A stretch of 31,622 bases of DNA from an uncultured bacterium (GTDB lineage: Bacteria > Hydrogenedentota > Hydrogenedentia > Hydrogenedentales > JAEUWI01): NCBI GenBank assembly GCA_963977445.1, contig CAXBPH010000056.1, positions 1 to 31,622 on the forward strand, in the 5' to 3' direction. Shown piece by piece: positions 1-9,724 of this stretch (position 1 is its first letter; every line of letters starts with the position of its first letter). Below the pieces are notes generated by a model. That model was not told the DNA's origin. It saw only the letters and a list, made by a program, of their open reading frames with translations, and searched no databases. Made by a program: the position numbers and the translations under genes.

Positions 1-17
1 CGACGCTCTTCCGATCT
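1..17 (+). other. Illumina TruSeq adapter remnant (technical artefact)
   Basis: CGACGCTCTTCCGATCT is the 3' end of the Read 1 adapter ACACTCTTTCCCTACACGACGCTCTTCCGATCT, at the very start of the window. Confidence 0.95.
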
Positions 18-39
18 GTGTGAAGTTGCCCTCAGGAGG

Positions 40-218
40 ACGGCCCCGACTATCTCGTGCGTCTCCCTTATCTCCGTCGTCTGTTTGGCCACGATGTGTT
101 GATTGTTTATTCTTCAACGTAGCGTCGGTGCAGTCCCCGATACGGCCACGACTATCCCGTGCGTTTCGCCGGGTTGTGGTGATTGCTTGTTCTACATCGT
201 AGCGTCGGTACAGTCCCC
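40..218. repeat. Degenerate tandem repeat (REP/BIME-like), two A-B units
   Basis: A: acggccccgactatctcgtgcgtctc (40-65) ~ acggccacgactatcccgtgcgtttc (142-167). B: gattgtttattcttcaacgtagcgtcggtgcagtcccc (101-138) ~ gattgcttgttctacatcgtagcgtcggtacagtcccc (181-218). Confidence 0.75.
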
Positions 219-222
219 TGGG

Positions 223-867
223 TCAGCGCAGGCCTTGTTCTGGGTCTGGAGTGCTAACCAAGGTCCTGCGTCGAAATATCCGACGTACCTTTCCGGCTAC
301 ACCGCGAAGTATGCGGTAGAACTTGGGCGTGAGCCAGAGGAATACGAGAAGAAATACCACCACCAGGCCCAGCATGACCAGAGGCATGAGAAAGGTTAAT
401 GCGACTCCGACGACGACGACAACATCCTCGAACACGCTGAGAAAGGCATTGGAAACGGGCTCGGGACTCGTGTTGGCGACGACGCGGGTGCTGGCTTTGG
501 TCGCGTGGCTGGTGAGGGCAACGCTGCCACACACGAGGGCCAGGGCGGTTTCTGTGGCCGGGTCAGATCCGGTGAAGGCAAACCACCCCATACCCGCAGC
601 ACCCAGAGGGCGAATGAAGGTGTGGACACTGTCCCAGGAGGTATCGACCCAGGGGATTTTGTCCGCCACAAACTCAATGGCAAACATGACGCCGGCAACG
701 ATCATGACCACGGGATTGCCCAAGACCTCCAGGCCCGACATGGATTCGGGCAGGGTCGTCAGATTGAAATTTACGATGAGCCCCACCGCAATAACGGTGG
801 CATAGAGATTCAGTCCCGAAACAAAACCGAGACCCAAAACGGTGCCCAAAAGGGTTAATGCTTCCAT
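223..867 (-). CDS. DUF4126 family membrane protein
   Basis: Motifs GLNLYA, EFVADKIPWVDTSWDSVHTFIRP, TSPEPVSNAFLSVFED; multiple TM helices. Confidence 0.9.
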   Translation of the reverse strand: MEALTLLGTVLGLGFVSGLNLYATVIAVGLIVNFNLTTLPESMSGLEVLGNPVVMIVAGVMFAIEFVADKIPWVDTSWDSVHTFIRPLGAAGMGWFAFTGSDPATETALALVCGSVALTSHATKASTRVVANTSPEPVSNAFLSVFEDVVVVVGVALTFLMPLVMLGLVVVFLLVFLWLTPKFYRILRGVAGKVRRIFRRRTLVSTPDPEQGLR

Positions 868-990
868 GGATTATATTTCCTGCGTTCTTGCAGACAATGG
901 TCGCCTCTGTGTCTGCCTGGCTCAATAATACGTACTTTTGCCGGTGGGCGCAATAGGGGTGTCGTAGTAACTACCCCGAGGTCCGTCCCT

Positions 991-1404
991 TTATTCGCGC
1001 GGTGCGCTCCCCGTTCCCATGGGCGCTTCGGGTGACGTTTTTCCCGTATACCAGTAGGCCCAGATCATGGGAATGACCTGGAGGGGTAAACGAATATAGA
1101 GGACGGTCTGGGAGCCGTAGTCTTGAAATTGTTCGGCATGGAGCGCCATGTTCAGGTTGGCAGGAAATACGGCCACGAGAAGGGCGATCAGGGCCCAGGC
1201 ACCAACACGTTGGGTCATGGGGACGATCACCAATATGCCCGCGATAATCTCTGCCACGCCACTCAGGAATACGAGTGCACTGTGCCACGGGAGATAGTCG
1301 GGCATCATGGGGAGATAAAACCCAGGTGAAACAAAGTGATTCGCGCCTGCGAGAATGAAAATGATACCCAGTACATAGCGCAGTATGGATTTCGTTACCG
1401 CCAT
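991..1404 (-). CDS. DoxX-like/MauE family membrane protein
   Basis: MAVTKSILRYVLG...AGANHF...MMPDYLP...SGVAEI...VFPANLNMA...RLPLQ; start set at ATG 1404 (AAGGA upstream) because the longer ORF overlaps the anSME gene. Confidence 0.85.
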   Translation of the reverse strand: MAVTKSILRYVLGIIFILAGANHFVSPGFYLPMMPDYLPWHSALVFLSGVAEIIAGILVIVPMTQRVGAWALIALLVAVFPANLNMALHAEQFQDYGSQTVLYIRLPLQVIPMIWAYWYTGKTSPEAPMGTGSAPRE

Positions 1405-1424
1405 ATGAATAGTGATTCCATTCC

Positions 1425-2747
1425 TTATCGCCGCCCGCAACATTTCTTGAACTTTTTGCTGCTCCCACAGCTGCAGGGGTCGTTGGGGCCTGGCCCCTCC
1501 ACGCCTTTTGCGATGTAATCTTTTTGTCGAACGTAGCCCATGACCCCCGTGGCGGGGCGGCCGGCGCGAAGTTCGCGGGCCATAAATTTCATGTAGGGGT
1601 CGACATGGTGAAAGAGCTGTTTGTAACCGGTGCAGAGATAGCTGAGTCCCGGGTCGCCGTCGGGGGTGTTGGTGAATCGGTGTTTGGGGCAATCGCCGTT
1701 GCAGATGAATCGCACATCGCAATCGAGGCAGTATTGAGGCAGGGTTGATGCCTTATCTTTCCCAAACTTGGTCTGTTGTTCCGAGGCGACCATATCGGCG
1801 ATGGATTTTTCCATGATATTGCCGAGCTGGTGTTCGGGGTACACATAGTGGTCACAGGAATAGAGATCGCCGGTGTGCTCCAGAGCGAGGCCCAGGCCAC
1901 ATTCCTTCTGAAAGATACAGAGATTGGGCTCCATGCCCATCCAGGCCATAAGGGCCACCTCAAAGGTCTGAACGAAGACCGTCCCCACGTCGTTGCGCAC
2001 CCATTCGTCGAAAATAGTGCACATGAATTGGCCGAATTCGTCGGGGCGGACGGACCATGCGGTGACTTTGGCGTCCATAGGCGAGTTGGGCAATACCAAC
2101 TCGAGGTCCTGACTGCCACAGTCTTCCCCACGGCGCTCGACGATGGGGATAAATTGCATGTGGCCACTGCCCTCGCTGCGGAGGAACTTATAGACCTCCA
2201 TAGCGCGGGTCGCATTCTTCCGATTGACGCAGGTGAGGGTGTTGAACTCCACCTCGTGTTGCTTCAGGAGGTCGAGGCCGCGCTTTACCTTGTCGAAGGT
2301 GGGCTTGCCCTGTTTGTCGACCCGGTAGGTATCGTGGATCTGCTTGGGGCCATCGATGGAAAGGCCCACCAGAAAGTTATTGCGGTGGAGAAATTCGCCC
2401 CATTTGTCATTGAGGAGGGTGCCATTGGTCTGAAAGGCGTTGGCAATGGATTTGCCATTGGCATATTTTTCCTGGAGCTTGACCACATTCTCGAAATACT
2501 CTACCCCGAGGACCGTGGGCTCCCCCCCCTGCCAGGCAAACTGAATCTCGGACGTATCCTGGGCCTCGATATATTGTTGGATGTAGCTTTCCAAGACGTC
2601 ATCGGGCATGCGCCAGTGTTTCTGGTCGGGAAAGAGTTTGGATTTTTCCAGGTAGAAACAGTATTTGCAGTCAATATTACACAACGGCCCCGAGGGCTTG
2701 GTCATGACGTGAAAGGCTGTCGGGCGGGTCGGTGCACTGCTGCTCAT
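1425..2747 (-). CDS. Anaerobic sulfatase maturase (radical SAM/SPASM, anSME) with C-terminal SEC-C motif
   Basis: KPSGPLCNIDCKYCFY (CxxxCxxC), WQGGEPT, QTNGTLL, SPASM cysteines CIFQKEC/YSCDHY/CLDCDVRFICNGDC, C-terminal GPNDPCSCGSSKKFKKCC. Confidence 0.95.
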   Translation of the reverse strand: MSSSAPTRPTAFHVMTKPSGPLCNIDCKYCFYLEKSKLFPDQKHWRMPDDVLESYIQQYIEAQDTSEIQFAWQGGEPTVLGVEYFENVVKLQEKYANGKSIANAFQTNGTLLNDKWGEFLHRNNFLVGLSIDGPKQIHDTYRVDKQGKPTFDKVKRGLDLLKQHEVEFNTLTCVNRKNATRAMEVYKFLRSEGSGHMQFIPIVERRGEDCGSQDLELVLPNSPMDAKVTAWSVRPDEFGQFMCTIFDEWVRNDVGTVFVQTFEVALMAWMGMEPNLCIFQKECGLGLALEHTGDLYSCDHYVYPEHQLGNIMEKSIADMVASEQQTKFGKDKASTLPQYCLDCDVRFICNGDCPKHRFTNTPDGDPGLSYLCTGYKQLFHHVDPYMKFMARELRAGRPATGVMGYVRQKDYIAKGVEGPGPNDPCSCGSSKKFKKCCGRR

Positions 2748-2768
2748 GGCTGCGTGCCTTTCCTTGGA

Positions 2769-5036
2769 TTAAAGGGGGCTGAGTTCCAGAAGTCGCGTTT
2801 CGCCGGCTTTCAGATTCAGCACGAAGCTCTCTTTTTGGGGCCAGCCGATGGCCGGATCAAAGAGATCCTGAATGTTGTGGAAGCGCCCCAGATTGACGAT
2901 CCGTTCGCCATCCTGACTGGCGTGGATGGCGAGGAGGTTTTGATGGGCCACGGTGACATCGAAGAAGCGCTGCTTTCCGGGCCGGAAATACACTTGCTGT
3001 TCCAGAATACGGAGAATTTCTCGGAGCATGGGGGCGGCGAGCTCGGGCTCGGCAATATAGACCGAGGTCCAGCCCTCTTCCATGGTGCGCATGGCGACGC
3101 TCGGCTTTTCAGACTGTTTGTATCGGGCCAGCACGTCGGCTTCTTCGTCGTCCACGTAAAAAAGCGGGTTGAAGCCACGGGGCGTCCCGAATACCTGACC
3201 TTCGTCGAGCCAATGTCCGCCACTCAGTGCAAACGTGGAGCCGGTCGCAGAACCTTCGTCGAGCGTTTTGACTTTCATGCCAATGGTGTCAGAAATATTA
3301 TCTGGCATGAGCGTGACGTCCTGGTATCCGGGCGCATAGACCCAGATTGCCGTGGCCTTCTCTTCGGCAAATCGCTCGTGTAGAAGTTTACGTTTTTCCG
3401 CAGGCATCTGGTAGGCGTTGAGAAAAAGATAGACCGGGGTCGGCGGCACACGAAATTCGACCATGTCGTCGAGGAGGCAGAACTCAACGCGAACACCGGT
3501 CTTGAGTATTTCGTCCCGATTGGTCGCCAGGAGCGCCCCGAGGCCACCGGAATCATCACAGAGGAACTGGGCGGCTTCGTCTACGACCACCATAATCGTG
3601 GGCTCGTCGTTTTCGGGCATGTCCTCAGGGTAGGTCTGGCGGGCATGTTCGGTCCGGGAGCCAGGATAGGCAACATGATCGCGATAGATTTCCACCAATC
3701 CCTGGAAAAAGTCCCACTGTCCTTCATCAGAAAGGGCGCCCCTGCCATCGGGATCGGACCAGGCCAGATCGAGGCCGTGGACGGCGGCCAGGGCAAAGTT
3801 TCGTCGCTGTACATTCTGTACATCTTCGGGGCGGAGTCCGCGAATCTGCTCGATTTTGCTGGTTTCATCATTCCACGCATAGCCGGTACGGGTGTCGTCG
3901 ATGATGAGCCACCGTTTCCCGTGGGCGATGGCGCTGTGGACGGGGCCCATATAGCCGCCGGAACCACCAATGCCCCGGTTTGCCAGGCTCACGGGGGCGA
4001 CGAAGCCGTTCAAATCGCTGTCGAGGAGTACGCCCATTCCCAGATGGCCACTGGTGGAGGAGGCCATTTCGAAGGTGTAGCCGTAGGTTGCCCAGATGCT
4101 ATTGGATTCCCCCACACGGCCCCGCACATGACTGGCCAGCGCGGCAATAGATTCAGCCAGAACGGTGGCGCGGTAGGTGGCATAATCGATGAGGTCGGCA
4201 TCCTCTTTCAATCGCAAAAAGCTGGCGGGGGCCCCTTCCGTGGCGCGGGGCTCGGGAGGCACGACAGCCTCCAGGGTGACGTCGTCGTTACTCCAGGCCT
4301 TTTTCAGTGCGCCATCATCTTCATAGAGCCGGGCAAGCCATCCGCGAAATCCGAGGATGTTGTCCTGGGAGTCGTCTCGAAGTTCGCCGCATTGCCAGCG
4401 GCCCTGCTGGAGCCCTTCGAGCACGAATCCAGAAACGGCGTTGTTCAGGGAGGCTCCTTGCAACTGGGTATGGAGGCGGTCGAAGGCCGCGCGGGCGGCA
4501 TCCAACCAGGCTACCGATGCGGGTGTGGGCATGGGGGTATCCCCCACCACGCCGGCCATTCGGGCATCGGGGTGTTGCTCAAACCAAGTGGCTGGCGGAT
4601 TAAAATCAAGTTCCAGGGTGAACTCTGCGTCGGGATTGAGCGCATGAATTCGTTCCAGCTGGGTCAGGGATTCGGTAATAGTTTCATCGTCGCTCCAGGG
4701 CAGGGCCACGGGAACCATATAGCGGTAGACCCCGGCGGCACTGGCCAGAGTAATTTCTTTTTCGAGGGCCTCCCACACACTACCTGATCCGATGCCCAAT
4801 TGGAGATAGATGGGTGGATCCAGGGCCGGTATGACGGGGGCACTCTCCGGTTCTACCGCAGTCTCCACTTCCTCGTTGGCGGCGGTCTCGGGGGCCACGC
4901 TGGCTTTGGGTAATATAGTTGGAGCGGACAGGCGACCTACCAGCCCTCCCGCGACGGCCATGGCAACTACGATGAGCAAGGCACCCAGCGCATGCAGCAG
5001 GAGACTTCGTCGTGCGAGTGGATTTTCTTGACTCAT
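2769..5036 (-). CDS. Membrane-anchored GH42/beta-galactosidase-like protein
   Basis: 755 aa; N-terminal TM helix, barrel-like region (FRGWLARLY..LKKAW, YGYTFE, GHLGM, DDTRT) and trimerisation-like C-terminal part (WVYAPGY, GWTSVY). Confidence 0.55.
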   Translation of the reverse strand: MSQENPLARRSLLLHALGALLIVVAMAVAGGLVGRLSAPTILPKASVAPETAANEEVETAVEPESAPVIPALDPPIYLQLGIGSGSVWEALEKEITLASAAGVYRYMVPVALPWSDDETITESLTQLERIHALNPDAEFTLELDFNPPATWFEQHPDARMAGVVGDTPMPTPASVAWLDAARAAFDRLHTQLQGASLNNAVSGFVLEGLQQGRWQCGELRDDSQDNILGFRGWLARLYEDDGALKKAWSNDDVTLEAVVPPEPRATEGAPASFLRLKEDADLIDYATYRATVLAESIAALASHVRGRVGESNSIWATYGYTFEMASSTSGHLGMGVLLDSDLNGFVAPVSLANRGIGGSGGYMGPVHSAIAHGKRWLIIDDTRTGYAWNDETSKIEQIRGLRPEDVQNVQRRNFALAAVHGLDLAWSDPDGRGALSDEGQWDFFQGLVEIYRDHVAYPGSRTEHARQTYPEDMPENDEPTIMVVVDEAAQFLCDDSGGLGALLATNRDEILKTGVRVEFCLLDDMVEFRVPPTPVYLFLNAYQMPAEKRKLLHERFAEEKATAIWVYAPGYQDVTLMPDNISDTIGMKVKTLDEGSATGSTFALSGGHWLDEGQVFGTPRGFNPLFYVDDEEADVLARYKQSEKPSVAMRTMEEGWTSVYIAEPELAAPMLREILRILEQQVYFRPGKQRFFDVTVAHQNLLAIHASQDGERIVNLGRFHNIQDLFDPAIGWPQKESFVLNLKAGETRLLELSPL

Positions 5037-5042
5037 GTACCG

Positions 5043-6374
5043 TTACACCAAGGGGTTGTTGTTGCAGTAAATCTGTAGCCAGGCACCAGTATCGGTGGCC
5101 TCGCCGGTTGCCGTCGCAGGAAAAAGCGACGTGGCATGGATGGTCAGCGTGCCTTCCTGAACCTCGACGGTTAACTCTTCCCGGTGGTCGGTTTTCATCG
5201 TAACCAACGGTTGACCATCTACGGATACGGCTATCACCGCCGCCGCCGTATCAGGATAACAATTCACCAGGCACAGCCGCAATGAACCTGATGGAATCTG
5301 GAGGGTCGCCTCCCGCGCCATGGGTCGAAGTCGCTCTCCCCCGTTTGTAATCGCGGGATACCATCCGTCCTCTGGAAACACCACGGCCGGACAAAATTTG
5401 GGCTGGCGGCGAACCAGCGTCCAGAAACTGTATTTTGCGGGTTGTGGCGGTTGGGCAATCCGATAGTGGACGGCCTGTGGCACATAGGCGAGCGCGTGTA
5501 GCCAGGCCCGGAGATGGCCCGCTACTTTCCAGAATGCCCCCTCCTGGCTGGCCCGCCCAACGGCCCGAACTTCTCCCATGAACACGTCGGGCAGTCCCAG
5601 AATAAGGCGGGATGGCGGAAAGTTTCGCAGCATGAGCCAGAATCGATTGCGCGTGTTTAAATAATACTTGCGTCGGGCCCAGGCCCCACTCCCCATGGTC
5701 GCGCTGAATTTATGGCGGACCACGGCCCTCGGACACGTCCAGATGCTATGGCCCGTGTTCCAGATGCGGAGACACAGATCGAGGTCGTCGAGGTAGATTT
5801 CAAAGGCTTCCGGAAGGAACCCCGTTTGCGCCAGCACGCTGGCGCGCAAGAAGCAGGCCCCCCCACACACGCCCACGACCGGCGTGGCTTCGTGCCAGGT
5901 GGGATCGTCGATGTGCCCGATGCCCCGATCCCAGGCGGAACCAATGACCGACATTTCGAGTCCCACAGAATTGAGGAGGCTGGGTTGGTCAAAGAGTACC
6001 ATCCGTGGTGCCAGGGCACCCATTTGCGGGTTGGACTCCATGTCGTCCACGAGATGGGCGATACAATCGGGGGCCACGGCGGTGTCGTTGTTTAAGAGGA
6101 ATATATAGTCCGCCTGGTCCGCCAACGCCGCTTCGATACCTATGTTATTGCCGCCTGACCAGCCCCGGTTCTCTTGGCACCGCAAAATCTGTACGCGGGG
6201 ATCGTGGCCAAATTCGTTTTCTACCTGCGTGGCGGAATCGTCGTCGCTCCCATTATCCACCAGCACGAATTTCACGTGGGGGTAGGTCGAGGCCAGTAGG
6301 GAAGAAAAGCAGGCGTCCACATGGTCGCGGCCGTTCCAATTGATTACCAATACATATACGAGGGGGTCATTCAT
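5043..6374 (-). CDS. Glycosyltransferase family 2 with C-terminal extension
   Basis: VLVINWNG, VDNGSDD, NRGWSGGNN, LLNNDT, GGACFLR, YLDDLDLCLR; start taken at MNDPLV, with a TGC-TATACT -10-like hexamer upstream. Confidence 0.9.
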   Translation of the reverse strand: MNDPLVYVLVINWNGRDHVDACFSSLLASTYPHVKFVLVDNGSDDDSATQVENEFGHDPRVQILRCQENRGWSGGNNIGIEAALADQADYIFLLNNDTAVAPDCIAHLVDDMESNPQMGALAPRMVLFDQPSLLNSVGLEMSVIGSAWDRGIGHIDDPTWHEATPVVGVCGGACFLRASVLAQTGFLPEAFEIYLDDLDLCLRIWNTGHSIWTCPRAVVRHKFSATMGSGAWARRKYYLNTRNRFWLMLRNFPPSRLILGLPDVFMGEVRAVGRASQEGAFWKVAGHLRAWLHALAYVPQAVHYRIAQPPQPAKYSFWTLVRRQPKFCPAVVFPEDGWYPAITNGGERLRPMAREATLQIPSGSLRLCLVNCYPDTAAAVIAVSVDGQPLVTMKTDHREELTVEVQEGTLTIHATSLFPATATGEATDTGAWLQIYCNNNPLV

Positions 6375-6537
6375 AGGTGCCGAGAGTATAGCAGTCTCTG
6401 GGAACACTTGAAAACGACGTCTCGTAGGGGTGACCATGATGGAGGACACTACCGACGATGAATAAACGTCCCGCCGTAAGGGTAGTCTCCGTAGTAGACC
6501 GTTGTTTCAATCCGTTAGAAGAAAAGAAGGGATTCCT

Positions 6538-6708
6538 ATGAGTTTTTTACGCGCACTTGTTTGCCTTATACTTCCGCCGGCCGCCGTTTATGATAAAGGG
6601 TGTGGCCCCATCTTGTTGGTCCTGGTGTTGACTCTTTTTGCCTGGGTCCCCGGGGTGATCGCTGCCATGATTATCTGTACCCGTGTCGAACCGACCGACG
6701 GAGTGTAA
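6538..6708 (+). CDS. YqaE/Pmp3 family small membrane protein
   Basis: MSFLRALVCLILPPAAVY..GCG..LLVLVLTLFAWVPGVIAA; GAAGGGA RBS. Confidence 0.9.
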   Translation: MSFLRALVCLILPPAAVYDKGCGPILLVLVLTLFAWVPGVIAAMIICTRVEPTDGV

Positions 6709-6742
6709 ATGCTTGCATAATATTGGGTTGCGACACCGTCAC

Positions 6743-8131
6743 GTGAGCCGGAGGGCTTTCCTGGGCCAGGTTGGCTCGGGCGCGGCCCTGCTTGCCAGCG
6801 GAGGATGTTCCCCGTCAGCAGGCACCAAGACGAATGGACCGGTTTCGGTGGTGCTGGTCGTCTTGGACACGGTTCGCGCGCAAAGTTGTGGCGCCTGGGG
6901 GCATAAACGCAACACAACGCCCCATTTGGACAAACTCGCTTCCCAGAGCACCCGATACAACATGGCAATATCGCCCGCGCCGTGGACCTTGCCGGCTCAT
7001 GTCGGTTTGTTTACGGGCAACTACACGATGGAGCACGGCGTTCGGGGCTATATCTATACCGATGATGCAGGGCAACGGCGGATTCGGGAGAATGCCCTTC
7101 CTGATGACGCGGTGACCGTGGCCGAGCAACTTTATCATCGGGGCTATGGGACCGCTTCCTTTTCTGCGAACACGGGCTACATGGCACCCTACTTCAACCT
7201 GTCTCAGGGCTTTGAAACCTATCACTTGGAGCAGATTCCCGGCGTCGATCTGGCAAAGAAGGCCTTGGGCTGGGTGGCAGACACGGAAGGACCAAGTTTT
7301 CTTTTCTGCAATTTCATGGATGCCCACCGACCGTATAACCTGAGCCCCTGTCCGGAGACATTGCCAGGGGACGTGTCGGAGGACCTCACCTTGCTGGACA
7401 CGTTGCGGGAAAAGACGTTGGCCCACCCGGAATTGGTGGATCAGACCCTGGCCGACCGTGTAACAGGGCAATATGAACTTGGCGTGGCCAACGCGGACCG
7501 GGCTCTGGGGACACTCATCGCGGGATTGAAGGCCCAGGGGCGCTTTGAAGATACGCTCCTTATTGTATGTGCGGACCACGGTGAATATCTGGGCGAGCAT
7601 GGACTGGTTGAACACTCGAAGGACGTGTATCAGGAGGCGGTCCACGTGCCGCTGGTCGTGAAGGCCCCCCGACAAGCTATTGGGACCCGGGTTGATTGGC
7701 CGGTCTCGCTCACCCAGGTGCCCTCCACTATCTATACCCATGCTGGTCTCCCCCTGGCCGCAGGATTGCCCCCGTTGGATATTCAGGATGAGACATTTCC
7801 CGTTATCTCAGAAAATTACTACTCCCGCGATTGGGACTACACCGATTCCCGGTGGCCGGGACGTTTCGACCGTATCCGAACGGCTTACTACGCCTATCCT
7901 TGGAAGTATATTCATTCCAGCGACGGCGCGGACGAACTATTCGACCTGTCTGTGGACCCCGATGAGCAGCGTAATTGCAGGGAGACCGAAGTCGCCACCT
8001 ATCGTCGCCTGCGAAATCGGTGTGAGGCACTTCTGGCCACGCGCCGACGGCCACGGGAAGCGGGTGCTTTGGATGGTGAATCCTTGCCCGATGCAGCCAT
8101 AGAGGAGTTACGCACACTGGGTTACTTATAG
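6743..8131 (+). CDS. Sulfatase-like hydrolase (alkaline phosphatase superfamily), Tat-exported, probable lipoprotein
   Basis: SRRAFL twin-arginine, LASGGC lipobox-like, VLDTVRA, PWTLPAH, DAHRPY, ADHGE, EHSK, ELFDLSVDPDE, LRTLGY; start uncertain (6728 TTG or 6743 GTG). Confidence 0.85.
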   Translation: MSRRAFLGQVGSGAALLASGGCSPSAGTKTNGPVSVVLVVLDTVRAQSCGAWGHKRNTTPHLDKLASQSTRYNMAISPAPWTLPAHVGLFTGNYTMEHGVRGYIYTDDAGQRRIRENALPDDAVTVAEQLYHRGYGTASFSANTGYMAPYFNLSQGFETYHLEQIPGVDLAKKALGWVADTEGPSFLFCNFMDAHRPYNLSPCPETLPGDVSEDLTLLDTLREKTLAHPELVDQTLADRVTGQYELGVANADRALGTLIAGLKAQGRFEDTLLIVCADHGEYLGEHGLVEHSKDVYQEAVHVPLVVKAPRQAIGTRVDWPVSLTQVPSTIYTHAGLPLAAGLPPLDIQDETFPVISENYYSRDWDYTDSRWPGRFDRIRTAYYAYPWKYIHSSDGADELFDLSVDPDEQRNCRETEVATYRRLRNRCEALLATRRRPREAGALDGESLPDAAIEELRTLGYL

Positions 8132-8283
8132 CACCCGCTACACCGTGACCAGAGTCGATTCTGATGCACCCGAATTTGGAACAGCGATTATAGCCGTCCC
8201 ACCGAAATCTGCCTACGGCCTGGCGCTCACGCAGTTAAACAGTTTTTCTTGTGCACCAAGCAGGACAGCGTGGGCCATGACGT

Positions 8284-8352
8284 TCAGAACGTGCGGATAA
8301 AATAACGAACGCGGTTACGAAAAATTTGGATGTAGGCGATACTGTTACGCAT
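8284..8352 (-). CDS. Putative 22-aa peptide MRNSIAYIQIFRNRVRYFIRTF
   Basis: AGGAG Shine-Dalgarno 8 nt before ATG; lies in the gap downstream of dinB. Confidence 0.35.
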   Translation of the reverse strand: MRNSIAYIQIFRNRVRYFIRTF

Positions 8353-8473
8353 GTCGTTGACTCCTGAAAAGTGACACCTGCGGTGTCGTTCGTGGTTTAA
8401 AGATCTATTTTTAGCCGGAGGTCACGCCGCCGTATCTCGCAATCATCGCGAAACCGTCACGCCGCCCTCCGTG

Positions 8474-9679
8474 TTATCGTGATAATGACGGGGTCGCGAG
8501 TTTTACGTCTCGCCCCAATCCGAGGGACTTGCCGGACCGAAGGTATTGAAACCCGTGCTTTTCCCGGACGGCATCGGCCTGTTCCAGCACCCGCTCCCAG
8601 TTTTCGTTTGCCTTGCCCCCGAAAAGCGGCATCTGATGCTGGTTGTAGCGCAACTGGTCGAGTCCTATTCCAATCAGGCGAATCCGGGCACGCCGTCCCT
8701 TGGCCTTTTTTACAAGGTCCTGGAGGGCTTCGATTACGACGCGATCAATGGCCGTGCCTTCCGGGAAGGTGTGGGCAAAGGTCTTTGTCTCAAAATCGCT
8801 ATACCGTACCTTCAGATTGACCCGTTTGGCCTCCAGCCCGGCTTCCCGGAGGGAGAACATGCACCGCTCAGTCAGATAGGCCAGCGTTTGCTCCACCTGT
8901 CCCCACTCGAGGGTGTCCTCGGGAAAGGTGGTCTCCCGACTGATGGATTTGGCGGTACGTTCCACGTCAACTGCTGACGTGGAGATGCCCTGGGCTCGTC
9001 GTTGGAGGCCAACCGCCGTTTGGTGTCCAAAAGAACCTTCCAACAGGGTGACCGGTGCGGCGGCCAACTGGCCCAGCGTTACGATACCCAGCCGTTCCAG
9101 TATCTGACAGGTCCGGGGTCCGGCACCAGGAAGTTTCCGCACGGCCAGGGGTGCCAGGAAGGCCCGCTCCTCCCCGGCACCCACCCGCACGTATCCATTG
9201 GGCTTGCCCTCGTCGGAGCCGATTTTCGACACCAACTTGTTGGGAGAAACGGCAATGGTGCATGGCAGACCCGTCTGCGCCTTTATTTCAGCCTTTATAT
9301 GCTGGGCGATACCCTCATCGCCGCCAAAGAGCCGCTGGGATCCCGATACATCCAGGTAGGCTTCATCAATGGAGGCCATCTGTACCAGGGGTGTCACGGT
9401 CTCGAGGATGGCCCGAATTTTTCGGGAGGCATCGCGGTAGTGGGCAAAGTTTCCTCGCATGAAGATTCCCTGGGGGCAGAGCTTCCTGGCTTGGGACAAG
9501 GGCATGGCGGAGTGAACGCCGAACTTTCGCGCTTCATAGGAAGCCGTGGACACGACACCCCGGCTATCCTCCTTGTTGCCACCAATGATAAGGGGTTTTC
9601 CCCGAAGTGATGGATCGCGGACTACCTCTACGGCGGCGAAGAAGGCATCCATATCAATATGTATGATTCGTCGTTCCAC
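8474..9679 (-). CDS. dinB: DNA polymerase IV (Y family)
   Basis: HIDMDAFFAAVE, STASYEARKFGVHSAM, SIDEAYLD, NKLVSK, KSISRETTF, IRLIGI. Confidence 0.97.
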   Translation of the reverse strand: MERRIIHIDMDAFFAAVEVVRDPSLRGKPLIIGGNKEDSRGVVSTASYEARKFGVHSAMPLSQARKLCPQGIFMRGNFAHYRDASRKIRAILETVTPLVQMASIDEAYLDVSGSQRLFGGDEGIAQHIKAEIKAQTGLPCTIAVSPNKLVSKIGSDEGKPNGYVRVGAGEERAFLAPLAVRKLPGAGPRTCQILERLGIVTLGQLAAAPVTLLEGSFGHQTAVGLQRRAQGISTSAVDVERTAKSISRETTFPEDTLEWGQVEQTLAYLTERCMFSLREAGLEAKRVNLKVRYSDFETKTFAHTFPEGTAIDRVVIEALQDLVKKAKGRRARIRLIGIGLDQLRYNQHQMPLFGGKANENWERVLEQADAVREKHGFQYLRSGKSLGLGRDVKLATPSLSR

Positions 9680-9724
9680 GTTAAGCTAGCCTCGCTTGGT
9701 AGAGTTTCTGTTCAATCCAAAGTA

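Noticed and set aside
40..218. CRISPR array
   Set aside because: Only two degenerate copies, the intervening sequences are themselves related, and no cas genes are present
1776..4787. Long plus-strand ORFs (535 aa, 380 aa)
   Set aside because: Antisense shadows of the anSME and GH-like genes in GC-rich DNA, with no motifs
8293..8300. GCGGATAA copy outside the element
   Set aside because: Single 8-mer half-site without a palindrome; plausible by chance
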